A stretch of DNA of 64,000 nucleotides from Hormiphora californensis (taxonomy: Eukaryota; Animalia; Ctenophora). Below, piece after piece: positions 43,089-56,218 of this stretch (positions within the stretch are counted from its first letter, which is position 1; every line of letters begins with the position of its first letter). The stretch covers positions 4,154,001 to 4,218,000 of the forward strand of contig CM035358.1 of NCBI GenBank assembly GCA_020137815.1. The letters run 5' to 3'. Position numbers and translations under genes: made by a program. Under the pieces are notes generated by a model, which worked only from the letters and a program-made list of their open reading frames with translations, was not told the origin of the DNA and searched no databases.

Positions 43089-43161
43089 TTGGTGACATTA
43101 CTGATAGACACTGTGCGCGACCAAGATTGAGCTCGCACACACTAGGTGTCAATGTCACCAA
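43089..43161. mobile_element. Ultra-short MITE family B
   Basis: TTGGTGACAT...ATGTCACCAA; perfect 9-bp TSD GTACATAGT; 120 bp upstream of the LDLa-GPCR ATG. Confidence 0.85.
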
Positions 43162-44124
43162 GTACATAGTGAGTATTAATGGTATCGGTTCAATACGTAA
43201 TTCTTGCTCAGATCTCATTATTCAGGTTCCAAAACAAAACTAAAACTAAACCGAAACAACAAATACTCATAAAAGCGGCCACACTATTTCTCTATCTCTA
43301 CTCTACTCAATCTCGTGCAGAACTCATCTCTCAGATGCGGGTCTCTCTATGCAGAGTCTCGTGACTAATTGAGCTCAATTAGTCGCCAGTCTCATAACTA
43401 GCCACAATGCGACACTCCACTCCTAGCAGAACTCAATCACAGGAACTCATAGCATATAACTCTCTCAATAGAGAGAGCAGAACTCCAGAACTGAATGCTT
43501 GTAGATTTTCCCTTCCTCTTGTGTCAGCCTCACACCCCTCTTCTCCGATCCTACTCTTTGCACGTGCTCCATATCTAATCTAGACCAGGGTGTAGGCAGG
43601 TCCTCATTGTCTTCAATTATCAGTATATCTTCTGGAGCATCTGATTGGTAGCTTCTCGATGACAAAAGCAGTCATTGAAATGACCGCTTTTGTCTGATGA
43701 TCAAGCTGGTATTGATCGAGCATTTGCATTGTTTAACTCATACCAAACCAGCTCTGCATGTTCATCATGGGAACAATTGATTTGATCCGATCAATACAAT
43801 TTACACACAGCAGTGTCTAATACTTTAACAAAGAATGGAATAGGGTAAACTGCAGGTTTATCCATCTCAACAATTATACCATAACTAGCTAAAAGTTACT
43901 AGCGGACAAAGTTTCATGACAACAGACAAACAAAAAGCTGAACTTCCAGCTGAGGCCACATGGGGCCCTTTTCATCTCATCCTCTAAGAAACGAATTCAG
44001 AAGAAAAACCACGAGACGGTAAAATATGGGGGGTGAGTAATATAAGAGTATTTCTCTTGGCTGACCTATATCTTACCACCACTAACGACCACCGCACTCA
44101 TGTGGAGTCCACATGTTTCAATAT

Positions 44125-46712
44125 CAGGGTGTGAACTGCATGTCGTGTTTGCTAGTCGCGAGCGCGCTTGCGAGACAAGCAAACACGTCAAGGTTCATTA
44201 AAGCATGCTGCTCAGTCATTTTAGATTTAATACACAATGTAAGGATACCATGTAATAGGTGAGACTCTGCCGTCACCCTCGTTCAAGTCCGTGAAAAACG
44301 GAGCAGTACACGCAAACTGATGCCCATTTTCCTCGCGTGACCCCGATTCAGCAGTTTGAGACAACCAACTCTTTAGGGGGTCAATTCTCAGGAACCAGAC
44401 AAGATAGGAAAAATCGCCGTCTAACGAGGCGTACAGTTTATCTAGTTACCACTGTACCGGCCGTTTCACTCTCCGACCTAAAACAAAAATCGCAACCCCA
44501 CAAAACTTCAAAATAATGAAATTGCATCTCTGCATGTCTGTGTCATGTCGTGTTGCATGTCGTGTCATGTTATTGACGCGCTCGCGTTCAACTCTCACAC
44601 AGCAGCTGTGCAGAACATGGTGGGGAAACATCGAGGAGTAGAGGAGGGCGGGGTGCCGAATCAAATATTTCTTGATCTTGATCTACTCCATCTTTCACTC
44701 AGCTATCCCTCATCAACTCGATCTCTCAGCTACCCTACCCTCATCTACTCCATCTTTCAGCTACCCTACCCCTCATCTACTCCATCTTTCAGCTACCCTA
44801 CATCTAGTCCATCTCTCAGCTACCTACTCTATCTACTCCATCTCTCAGCTTCCCTATTAGGGAAGCATAGAGATGGAAACGATTAGGGGTAGGGAATCCC
44901 TATCCATAATCGTTTCCATCTCATGCTTCCCTAGCCTCATCAACTCATCTTTCAGCTACCCTACTAATCTAGTCCATCTCTCCGCTACCCTACTCCTCAT
45001 CTACTCCATCTCTCAGCCACCCTACCTCCCATTTACTCCATCTCTCAGCTACCCTACCTCCCATTTACTCCATCTCTCAGCTTCCCTACCTCCCATTTAC
45101 TCCATCTCTCAGCTTACCTACCTCCCATTTACTCCATATCTCAGCTTCCCTACCTGCCATTTACTCCATCTTTCAGATACCCTACCTCCCATTTACTCCA
45201 TCTCTCAGCTTACCTACCTCCCATTTACTCCATCTCTCAGCTTCCCTACCTCACATTTACTCCATCTCTCAGCTTCCCTACCTCCCATTTACTCCATCTC
45301 TCAGCTACCCAACCTCCCATTCACTCCATCTATCAGCTACCCTACCTCCCATTTACTCCATCTTTCAGCTTCCCTACCTCCCATTTACTCCATCTCTCAG
45401 CTTCCCTACCTCCCATTTACTCCATCTCTCAGCTTACCTACCTCCCATTTACTCCATATCTCAGCTTCCCTACCTGCCATTTACTCCATCTTTCAGATAC
45501 CCTACCTCCCATTTACTCCATCTCTCAGCTTCCCTAGCTCCCATTTACTCCATCCCTCAGCTTCCCTACCTCCCATTTACTCCATCCCTGCCTCCCATTT
45601 ACTCCATCTCTCAGCTACCCTACCTCCCATTCACTCCATCTCTCAGCTTCCCTACCTCCCATTTAGCTGAGAGATGGAGTAAATGGGAGGTAGGGTAGCT
45701 GAGAGATGGAGTAAATGGGAGGTAGGGAAGCTGAGAGATGGAGTAAATGGGAGGTAGGGTAGCTGAGAGATGGAGTAAATGGGAGGTAGGGTAGCTGAGA
45801 GATGGAGTAGATGAGGAGTAGGGTAGCGGAGAGATGGACTAGATTAGGGGTAGGGTAGCTGAAAGATGGAGTTGATGAGGGCTAGGGAAGCATAGAGATG
45901 GAAACGATTATGGATAGGGATTCCCTACCCCTAATCGTTTCCATCTCTATGCTTCCCTAATAGGGAAGCTGAGAGATGGAGTAGATGAGGAGTAGGGTAG
46001 CTGAGAGATGGACTAGATAAGGGGTAGGGTAGCTGAAAGATGGAGTAGATGAGGGGTAGGGTAGCTGAAAGATGGAGTAGATGAGGGGTAGGGTAGCTGA
46101 GAGATCGAGTTGATGAGGGGTAGGATAGCTGCACTGAGAGATGGAGTAGATCAAGATCAAAAAATATTTGATTCGGCACGGACCCTCTCTCTACTCCTCG
46201 ATGTTTCCCGCCATGTTCTGCAGCTGCTGTGTGAGAGTTGAACGCGAGCGCGTCAATAACATGACACGACATGCAACACGACATGCAACACGACATGCGA
46301 GATGCAAATTTCATTATTTTGAAGTTTTGTGGGGTTGCGATTTTTGTTTTAGGTCGGAGAGTGAAACGGCCGGTACAGTGGTAAACTAGATTAAAAACTG
46401 TACGCCTCGTTAGACGGCGATTTTTCCTATCTTGTCTGGTTCCTGAGATATGGCCCCCTAAAGATTTGGTGTCTCAAACTGCTGAATCGGGGTCACGCGA
46501 GGAAAATGGGCATCAGTTTGCGTGTACTGCTCCGTTTTTCACGGGACTTGAACGAGGGTGACGGCAAGAGTCTCACCTATTACATGGTATCCTTACATTG
46601 TGTATTAAATCTAAAATGACTGAGCAGCATGCTTGTTAATGAACCTTGACGTGTTTGCTTGTCTCGCAAGCGCGCTCGCGACTAGCAAACACGACATGCA
46701 GTTCACACCCTG
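44125..46712. mobile_element. 2.6-kb fold-back element with an internal 32-bp satellite that flips orientation at ~45665
   Basis: CAGGGTGTGAACTGCATGTCG...CGACATGCAGTTCACACCCTG; flanking AATAT direct repeat (44120-44124 / 46713-46717); ~900-bp complex arms then (CCCTACCTCCCATTTACTCCATCTCTCAGCT[A/T])n. Confidence 0.9.
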
Positions 46713-46922
46713 AATATATATTCAAAATTAGCTTGATGGCTATACAGTGCTCAATCTTTGCAGAGATCAGCTATTCGTTTTCTTTGGTTTTCGTGTTTCA
46801 ATATATATGTTAAAATGATCAGGGATCGTAAGAACAACACAATTGCACACGTGCAGGTCCTATATAACTCTCTGTGATGGAGATCATGCTCCTTATGTGG
46901 ACCATCCCAAGGAGCAGACTGC

Positions 46923-47031
46923 CATGAACCGACCGAATCAGGAAACATTGGTCCCCGATTGGCTAAAAACCAGTCACGTGACCTAAATAACGAGTTCTGA
47001 TTGGTTGTTTACTTGTGTCGGTCGGTTCTTA
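46923..47031. mobile_element. hAT-like MITE family A (reverse orientation, aged)
   Basis: GAACCGACCGAATCAGG...GTCACGTGACC...GTCGGTCGGTTC; TSD eroded. Further remnants at ~16443-16530 and ~32140-32230. Confidence 0.8.
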
Positions 47032-47182
47032 GCACACACCAATTAAACAATTTTTCATGTTTAATTTAAAAACTTCATAAAAACAAATTTGTATAACAGT
47101 TATATATGACAAGCTTTGCCAGGCAATATTTTCCCCGTAATATGCCGCAATGTTTCACATAATATGTTACACAATAATAATA

Positions 47183-48598
47183 CTAGCAGCGTCTGCAACA
47201 AAAACCACAACAACAACTCCTCCCCTGATCTCCGGACCCCCTCCTAACTCCCTCCTCCTCCTCCTCCTCATCCAGAGTCACAGTACTCCCCCAAAACCTC
47301 ATCTTCTTCATCCTCTGCCTCCTCCTCTCAGGACCGACCTGCTTTGCATTCTTCATCTTCCCGTAACACTCCCCAAACTTTGTGACAATGATCGTCATGG
47401 GTACGGCCATGAAGACGGTACTCCCAAATATGACCGCGCTGCCAATAAACTTTCCCAGGATTGTCTTTGGGTACATGTCCCCATATCCTACACTTGACAT
47501 GGTCACCACACTCCACCAACAGGATGAGAGGATGGAGGAGAAGGAGGTGTTGGAGTCGTGGTGCTCCACGATGTACATCAGGGACCCAGAGACGTAGACC
47601 CCCAAACTCCAAAATATGAATAACATTCCCAACTCGTTGAGGCACTCGTATAGGATCATCCCGATCACCAAGAGTCGCCGAGATCTCTTGATAACTTTGA
47701 GGACCCGTGTTACCCTGCTGATCCTAAACAGCTGGAAGATCTTGATTCTCCGAGGGTTAACCTTCAGGTACTCCAACAACCCAGCAATGTAAAACGGTAG
47801 GATCGAGATAACATCAAACCAGGTAGTTAACTGTCGGAGGAACTGAATCTTACACGGTGAAACCAAGAACCGGAGAATGAGATCCACCGTGAAGAACCCC
47901 ACGCTGATTATATTAGTGACCTCACAAAACACCTCAATCTCCTCGTGCCAAACGGTGAACCGGAACCTTTCCTGCTTGCTATCGTAGATAAAGTGTAGCA
48001 TTGATAGTAGAATGAGAAGAACCTCCATTGACATCCAACACTTTGCAGCTGTCGAACTGCTGGGATCGTTCAGGAAATCATCCATTCTAGTACAACAATC
48101 ATCCGCCTCCTCATAACTCCCATCATCGCTATCAGAACTACTGTCCTCATCACTGTCCGTGTAGTTTGATTCTTCCGGGAGATCGATCCGGAAAAAACGG
48201 AATTCCTCCCTCATTAACCTGTCCCCGTAGTGTTCAGGGATCCTTGCTTTACCCCGAGTTTGGTAGTACTCTATCACATATTCAAATAATACCCGGTTCC
48301 GATCGAAGAAGTAGTGCCCTGTTGTGGTGTCCAAGTATTGTTCCCTATCGGGCGATGCTAAGAGAGATACGGGATGGAGCGCTAACTGGGAACCGTGGAT
48401 ATCGAACAATTTTCCACTAACGTTAACAGTGATGACTGATGTAAGATCGATTTGGTTGAGTCTCTTCAGAATTAGATCCATGGCACCGGGTTTTGTTCTG
48501 CTTCGTTTTAGTAACGACCGGAATTTGGCTGCCGAGGCTCCTGGATTTGTTGGTGGCGGTTTCTCTGGCATTGCAGGCAGCAGTGGTTTCTCTGTCAT
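47183..48598 (-). CDS. Voltage-gated K+ channel, Shaker superfamily (Kv1-like), intronless, 471 aa
   Basis: T1 domain (TVNVSG..YFFDRNR..EYYQTRG), S1-S3, S4 FRISRVTRVLKVIKRSR, pore WWSVVTMSSVGYGDMYP, S6 ..FMAVPMTIIVTKF. Confidence 0.96.
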   Translation of the reverse strand: MTEKPLLPAMPEKPPPTNPGASAAKFRSLLKRSRTKPGAMDLILKRLNQIDLTSVITVNVSGKLFDIHGSQLALHPVSLLASPDREQYLDTTTGHYFFDRNRVLFEYVIEYYQTRGKARIPEHYGDRLMREEFRFFRIDLPEESNYTDSDEDSSSDSDDGSYEEADDCCTRMDDFLNDPSSSTAAKCWMSMEVLLILLSMLHFIYDSKQERFRFTVWHEEIEVFCEVTNIISVGFFTVDLILRFLVSPCKIQFLRQLTTWFDVISILPFYIAGLLEYLKVNPRRIKIFQLFRISRVTRVLKVIKRSRRLLVIGMILYECLNELGMLFIFWSLGVYVSGSLMYIVEHHDSNTSFSSILSSCWWSVVTMSSVGYGDMYPKTILGKFIGSAVIFGSTVFMAVPMTIIVTKFGECYGKMKNAKQVGPERRRQRMKKMRFWGSTVTLDEEEEEEGVRRGSGDQGRSCCCGFCCRRC

Positions 48599-49077
48599 GA
48601 TTCAATAGGGGTTTTTTTCAAGATTCAATATGGAAGGTTGAACTTGATCAAGTTTGATCAACGGGGGGAGTCTCTACTCTCTAGATCTCAGATTTGTCCG
48701 AAGCTGCAGGGATCCAATTTGAATAATAACGTTCCTTCCAGAAAACTGACAGGGATGAGAGGATGTAGTCGGAACAAGCCATTCAAATCTGGGCTAGAAA
48801 AAAATTTAGAAAGTTGTGTGATCGGAAAACTGTTTGTTCAGCCCAGAGAGAATGATAAAAACTATGACAATCAGGAAAGATTTTGTTCTAAAAGTTGAAT
48901 CTGTGACAAGGGAACATACATGTTTGCAGACAGACGAGGAAAAAACAGCTGTAAACATGTCCATCCGATCTAAATTTGACAAAAGAAACCATGAAACTAT
49001 GGTAGAGAAGGGGATCGGAAGGTAGCGAGAGAGGAGAGAAGAGCGAGAGAGAGAGAGAGAGAGAGAGAGGAGCGGAG

Positions 49078-49114
<37 letters not shown>

Positions 49115-49179
49115 GAGTGAGAGAGAGTACGAGATAGAGCGCTCAGAGGAGTAGATTAACAGTCTCTAGCTATTATATG

Positions 49180-49269
<90 letters not shown>

Positions 49270-49874
49270 ACCTCCATGTATAGTGCAGCTATGAACAGCT
49301 CAGACGTAACAAGGTTAGCTGCCTCACGAACACCAAAAAACCATAAATACAGCCACACAGTGTGTTACACTCGGGACTATTTCATTCTTCATGAATTGTC
49401 TCATTTCCTCTTTCGACTTTTTCTCTACTTCATCCTTTCCACTTTTCCACTATTTCACCCTCATATGTACTACATCTTCATGCGTCACTCCGATATATAT
49501 ACGTCTACTCCATGCCACCTTCGGAAGGAAGCTTCCTGGATAAAATACCAGCTGAGTTGGTTCTAATAGGGTCTGAAGCTGTCGTGGTACTAAGCGAACC
49601 CACTCACAAACGTGACCCTACCATGATAATAAAGTTACATTACAAAGCTAGGGTTAGACACTATATATCTAGTGACAATCCATTTAGCCCCCTCTCCCAC
49701 CCTAGAATGTGTGAATTATCTCACCCACTAACCCCTCAGATGGCGCACTAAACAGGGTTGTTTGCGGAGGACGGAGGGGGGTTTAGGGGGGTAACCCGGG
49801 ACATCTCTCCTCAGTGTGATCTTAGAGTTGTGTAGCTTCCCAGTCAAGATACACGCTGTCAAATAGATCGTATC

Positions 49875-52800
49875 ATGTTGAAGATTGCGGCACTCCTACC
49901 CATCCTACTCGCGGTAAGTTATACTACTTACCTACTTACCTACTACTTACCTATCTCCTTGGTTATTGGAGGGTATAGAAGCTGGTGTAGAATAGTAATA
50001 GAAACGCCTTGGTTTTAGTTGCCTTGCTCGACCCCATAGCAGGGTTAGGTTGGGTGGAATCTGGTATGGGGCCATACCAGATTCTACCCAACCTAACCCT
50101 GCTATGGGGTCAAGTAGATTTTTTCCCTGCCCGGGTGGATGCTGAACTAAATAACATCACCCTGCCCTCCCTCGCAGATTAGTGAGGCTGGATCGGGATG
50201 TAAAACCGGACAGAATCTTGTTGATGGGGAGTGTGTCACATGTAACCCAGGTAATTAACAAGTTAATTAGTTTGTTAATTAAATAAATGATCAACTAATT
50301 AATTAAATAATAACAATTTAATTGGAACAATATCCAATCATGTAGATCATGTATCCAATCATAGATGTAGAGGACGGAGTAGTGACTTGTTGTTTGTTCG
50401 GACTCCGTCGCGTACAAGCCCAGTACTTATCTTCGGATTCCCCTTTAGTTTAACTGCCACACTACTGTCCTGTCAGAGCATTGGCGCGCGAGAACTGTGG
50501 TCAGAGCATTGGCCTGACAGCTACTGTCAAAAATCCTGAAGATCTCTATAACCATCTCCCTCCCTAACCACAATTCACTCTCTCTCTCTAAAACTAGGTA
50601 CATTTGATAACGGCGCCATCTGTAAATCATGCCCCGCTGGAGCCATCGCCAAGTTAGCTGGACAGGCGAAGTGTACCGCCTGTCCTCCCGGCCATTATAG
50701 CGAGGGAGGTGCCGCAGTGTGCATCCCTTGTCTACCCGGGCTGTACCAGGCTGAGGAGGGAGCCACCACCTGTGGAGCTTGCCCTACTGGCATGTTCAGC
50801 AAGGGAGAGGGTGAGTACAGGGGGCGGGAAGAGGGGCGGAGTGGGAAGGTGGGGGTAGGGGCGGGAAGAGGGGGATAGGGTGAGGGAGTGGGGTGCGGTG
50901 ATGGGGTGCAACACGGGGCGGGGAGCAAGGGGAGATAATAGGGATTGATATTTAGAAAATTTCGGGGGAGAATAAGTTCGGTTATTTTGGTGACAGTAAC
51001 CATGGTAACACACATGTCCATATAAGGTAATGAGAAGTGCACTCCTTGTCCCATTGGTCTGTACGCCCCCTCCGAGGGAAGCGAGGAATGTACCTTGTGC
51101 CCCGCTGGCTTCTTCAACAACATCGAGGGATCCAACGAGGTAATTAATCAGCTAATTACAAATCAAAACACAATCACAGTAATTAGCTAATTGAAATTAA
51201 TATCTTAATTAAGGAATGAAAGTCAGGAGAGATGGTGGTCAGACCAAGTTTTAACAAATTATTTGAGAGCATTTTAGATACTGGTTTGGTGCTAACTATT
51301 TAATTAATCACCCCTATCTCCCCCAGTGCGGTGCCTGTCCCAAGGGAGAGTATGCACCCAAGGAGGGATCTACTCGATGTATTCCGTGTGCCTCTGGAAC
51401 CCACGCTGCAAAGGAAGGCTCTACCGTAAGTTGCTTGATTGTTATCTGTCTTTTCTTTGTTTTTCAAGAATAAAAAACTAAATCAGATATCATATGGTGT
51501 TATACTAATACCCATTATGTATCTCCCGACTCCCTTACCTCCCCTCTCTCCCTCTTTCTCTCCATCCAAACTAACCCCCTCTCCCCTCCATCAGGAGTGT
51601 GAGGACTGTGGAGCTGGTACCATTTCCATCCAAGGAGAGGGAACCTGCTTCCCCTGTCCTGGGGGTACTGTCCAGCCACTGACCGGCCAGACCACCTGCA
51701 ATCGATGTAAGGCCGGCGAGTACAGTCCCACAACCACCAAGTGCCAGAAGTGTCACCGAGGACACTACTCTACCAAGGGTGTTGCTGAGTGTGACCCTTG
51801 TCCCCCTGGCAGTTTTGTGGATATTGAGGGAGCTACGTCTTGTCACGTGTGTCCCATTGGCCAATATCGACAGCGACCTGGGTAGGTTGGGAAGGGGTTA
51901 GGGAGGTTTTAGGGAGGTGATGATTGTGATATCATGCTTAATTAGGTTACCCCTCTCTCTATCTCTCTACCTTGTTAACCCCCTCTCTCTCCCTAATCCC
52001 TAATCCCTAGTTAACCCCCTCTCTCTCCCTCTAGTTATGACGACTGTGAACCATGTCCCAAGGGCTCTGCTGCTGAAGTTACCGGGTCTCTCCAGTGTCC
52101 CAAGTGTCTAGTTGGAGAGTACCAGGACAAAACTGGCCAGGAGGAATGTAAGAAATGCCCTGGAGGTTTCTTCCAGGTATCTGCTCCTTCATAAAACCAA
52201 CTGTTTCGTTGCTCCTTCATAAAAAACACAGTTCCAGTCGGACCCGAGACCCTTGTATCGTTTTTGGAGATCTCATTCGAACCTTATTCTTCATTTAAAA
52301 CAATCATCATATCCCGAATGATATTGTACCAAACTATACATTTCCTAGGACAAAGTTGGATCTGAGCAGTGTAATGAGTGCCCTGCCGGCACCTTCTCCC
52401 ATCCTGGATCTGGGTACTGCATCAAGTGTAGCAAGGGGTCATTCACGGACAAGGCTGGACAAGCTCAGTGCAGCTTCTGTCCTGCCGGATCTTTTGCTGA
52501 TGAGGAAGGTGAGTTATATCTTTTTTAGGGAGATTTAAATTTGATATCATCCAGAAAGACGCTGAATGGGTTCAAAGTACCTGGGTCTCCAAAGAGTCAC
52601 AAATATGCTAGGTATCATGCATAGAATTGATCCATACAATTACTCAATAATATTTCAGGATCCACCAGCTGTAAGGCATGTCCCGGAGGTACCATCTCCC
52701 CTGTTCGAGGATCTTCTGAGTGTAAATCCTGCTCCGCTGGATCTTTCTCCCTCGAGGGATCCTCAGAGTGTACCGACTGCTCTGCTGGACACTTCAACAA

Positions 52801-55800
52801 CGCAGATGGTGAGTACTGATCAGTACAATGTACAATTTGAATGGTAATGTACATTGTACATTGTACATTTCAAATCATTAGGTAAAATTACATATGCGGC
52901 CTGGATGATCTTGCCTGTCATCACCCAACTAACTAACAGACTAATTACTCAATTAATCAACCAATTAAACCACCAGGTTCCACCTCTTGCACCGCCTGTT
53001 CTGCTGGAAGCATCGCAGTAGGAACCGGAAACACCGCCTGCGAGAAATGCCCCGCTGGAAGCTTCATTGGAGTTGAAGGAGCCAGTTCGTGTGACATTTG
53101 CCCTGCCGGAACCGTCTCTCCTGTTGATGGTAAGTGTTTTTCAAACATCCCCTCTATATTTGATGATTCAAACGTCCCTCACACGCATAAAAAACAAAAT
53201 CAAAGCTCAGAACCTGCTTTCTATTTATAAAAGGGTAGTACCCCGACCCGCAATGGATCGCCATGATATAACACACTTTATCTGTTGTCTAGGAAGCACT
53301 GCATGTACTGACTGTGAGGCCGGATCCTTTGCCCCCGGAGAGGGTAACCTGAACTGCACAGTCTGTCCTGCTGGGTCATTCTCGGGATCTGCTGCCTCTG
53401 ACTCTTGTGACTTGTGTGCTCCTGGAACTATCACTGCCGCCCCTGGTAAGTTCTCCTGGGACCAAAAGGGGTTATCACAGCTTTAGTTGGAGATCAGGAG
53501 CTCCTCTTTCTCCCATTACCCCCCCCCCCCCTCCTCCAAGGAAGTACCGCCTGTTCTGACTGTGCCGCTGGTTCTTTTGCTGCTGGTGAGGGCAACACGG
53601 AGTGTTCCACCTGTCAAGCCGGAACCATCTCTGCCTCCGCTGCTTCGGACAGTTGTGATGCCTGTAAACCTGGAACTATCGCCGCTCTCGCAGGTATTAT
53701 ATATGTTGATATGAGAACCCCAGAAAATCCCAGAGATTCCTAGAGAACCCCTTTAAAATTAGGAGACTTCAATTCCGTAATCCGTATTCATCATGTCATC
53801 GCTTGATCATAGTCAAAATAAGAGAGAGGTCCTAAAATATTGCCCCAACCAGCCCCTTACATAATCTAACTCGACAGGAGCCACCGAGTGCACTGATTGT
53901 GACGCTGGATCCTACGCTAACGGAGAGGGAAACACCGTGTGTAACTCCTGTCCTCGAGGAAGTTTCGCCCAATCCGCCGCCTCTGACTCGTGTAACAAGT
54001 GTAGCCCTGGAACATTCGCTGCTGAATCTGGTAAGTGGGGAGTCATGATGACGTCAGGGGTCGTAGCGTGACGTCATCGTGACGTCATCACGTTTTGTCA
54101 CGCGCAAATACTCAGCCGCGCAATTGATGACTTGGTTTTAAAAAGTTGTGCGCGCGTCAAAATCCCAGCTCAGAAACTTTTTTCAAAAAACTCAGCCCAC
54201 TTTTTTACAGGTTCAACAAGTTGCGATGACTGCCCTGCCGGTCAGTTCTCCTACGTTATCGGTGCCTACTCCTGTAACAACTGTAAGAAGGGAAGTTTCT
54301 CCGACAGCGAGGGTTCTACCAAGTGTACTGATTGCCCCGCTGGATCATATGCTCCCAAGGACGGTGCCGACTCTTGCTCCCTCTGCCGAGCCGGATGGGC
54401 CCAAGGACTGAAGGGACAGAGCAGCTGTTACGCTTGTCAACCCGGTCATTTCTCTCCCGCTGAAGGAAGCACTAAGTGCTCTACTTGCGCTGCTGGATCT
54501 TATACAAACCAGAAAGGTAGGAAAGAGCCAAGGACACTGGGAAATTGTTTGTTCAATTTTCCCATCTTTTCCCACACAACACTTGAGAGAAAGTCAAATT
54601 TCAATATCAAACAAACAAACTCTATCGAATTCAGGAAAATCTGAGTGCACACTTTGTGACGAGGGATGGTATCAGCCCTACACCAAGCAGAAGGAATGTC
54701 TCGTCTGTCGAGCAGGATCATCTCAAAGCAAAAAGGGTTCCACAAAATGTGAAACTTGTCCCAGAGGAACTTTCTCTGCTGTGAACGGTAAATTTGCACA
54801 CCAATACCCTCAGAACTACAATCCAATAATATCACTTTTTTACAGAGATCAGAGATATGATCTCCTTAGCAGTTAGGTTAATTTTGTATCTTTATCTCTA
54901 TATTCATACTGTATTTAGTTTAAAACACCACCACCAGGAGCTGCTAACTGTACCAAATGTGCCGAGGGAAGCGCCCAATCCGCCACCGGTGCTCTCTCCT
55001 GTAATCTCTGCCCCGGTGGTAACTACGCAGCTGGTGAGGGAAATATCAACTGTAATAGGTGTAACGCTGGAACTTTCTCCGCTGAAGGTGAGTTAACGTA
55101 AAATCCAAACTAAAAAGGGCAACTTGAGTTAAAACTGTTTTTCGTAGAGGTGGACCTGTGTTATGTGACTCACAGCGCATTTTATTTCATAAAACTACAG
55201 AGCGAGTATGATCTCTTAACCTAAATACTGCGTTTATTTACTTCTATCCAAACACATATTAAGAGAAGTTATCACCCCCTTTCCCACAGGTGCTGGAGAG
55301 TGTAGTCAGTGCCCCGAGGGAACGTATAATACCCCCAGCAGCTCCCGAATGGACTGTTTCAAGTGCAAACCCGGTAGTTACGCAGGGGGAGAGGGAAATA
55401 CCAAGTGTACTCCCTGTCCTATCGGTCATTCAACTGAGTTTTATGGTAAGGGTACATATGCACTTGATTACATGATGATATTTAGTCAATTCTTAGCTCC
55501 TTCGTTGTTTGGATTATGTTCCCGTTCTTCAGCCAATTCTCCCCCTCCCCCTCCAGGATCCGCCAACATTCAGTCAATATTTTGTTCCTTCGGTGCTTCA
55601 GACTTATTTTCCCGTTATTTTAACAAACTTCCCCCTAACTATCAAGCTTTACTCCCCCCACTCAGTACCAATAGCTTTACTCCCCCCCCCCCCCCACAAA
55701 GTACCAATAGCTTTACTCCCTCCCCCACACAGTACCAATAGCTTTACTCCCCCCCCACTCAGTACCAATAGCTTTACCCCCCCCCCCCCCACTCAGTACC

Positions 55801-56143
55801 AATAGCTTTACTCCCCCCACTCAGTACCAATAGCTTTACCCCCCCCCCACTCAGTACCAATAGCTTTACTCCCCCCCCCCCCCCCCCACTCAGTACCAAT
55901 ATAGCTTTACTCCCTCCCCCTCCAGGATCCGCCAACTGTACAGCTTGTCCTGCTGGAGAACACATCGAGTTCACTGGCAGTACCACCTGCAAGAACTGCA
56001 AACCCGGATATGAGAACCCCCACGAGGGACAGGCCCTGTGTGTTGAGTGCACCCCTGGAACATTCGCACCTAACTCTTCCACCGTGGAGTGCAGCAAGTG
56101 TCCCACTGGTCAGTTCAGTGCTGATCCTGCCCAGGTGAGAGGA

Positions 56144-56218
<75 letters not shown>

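Noticed and set aside
44873-45670. 265-aa repetitive ORF
   Set aside because: Translation of the 32-bp satellite inside the fold-back element; the period is not a multiple of 3 and there is no gene context.
41200-48608. Short ORFs antisense or off-frame to the LDLa-GPCR and Kv genes
   Set aside because: Shadow ORFs of real coding sequence with no independent motifs.
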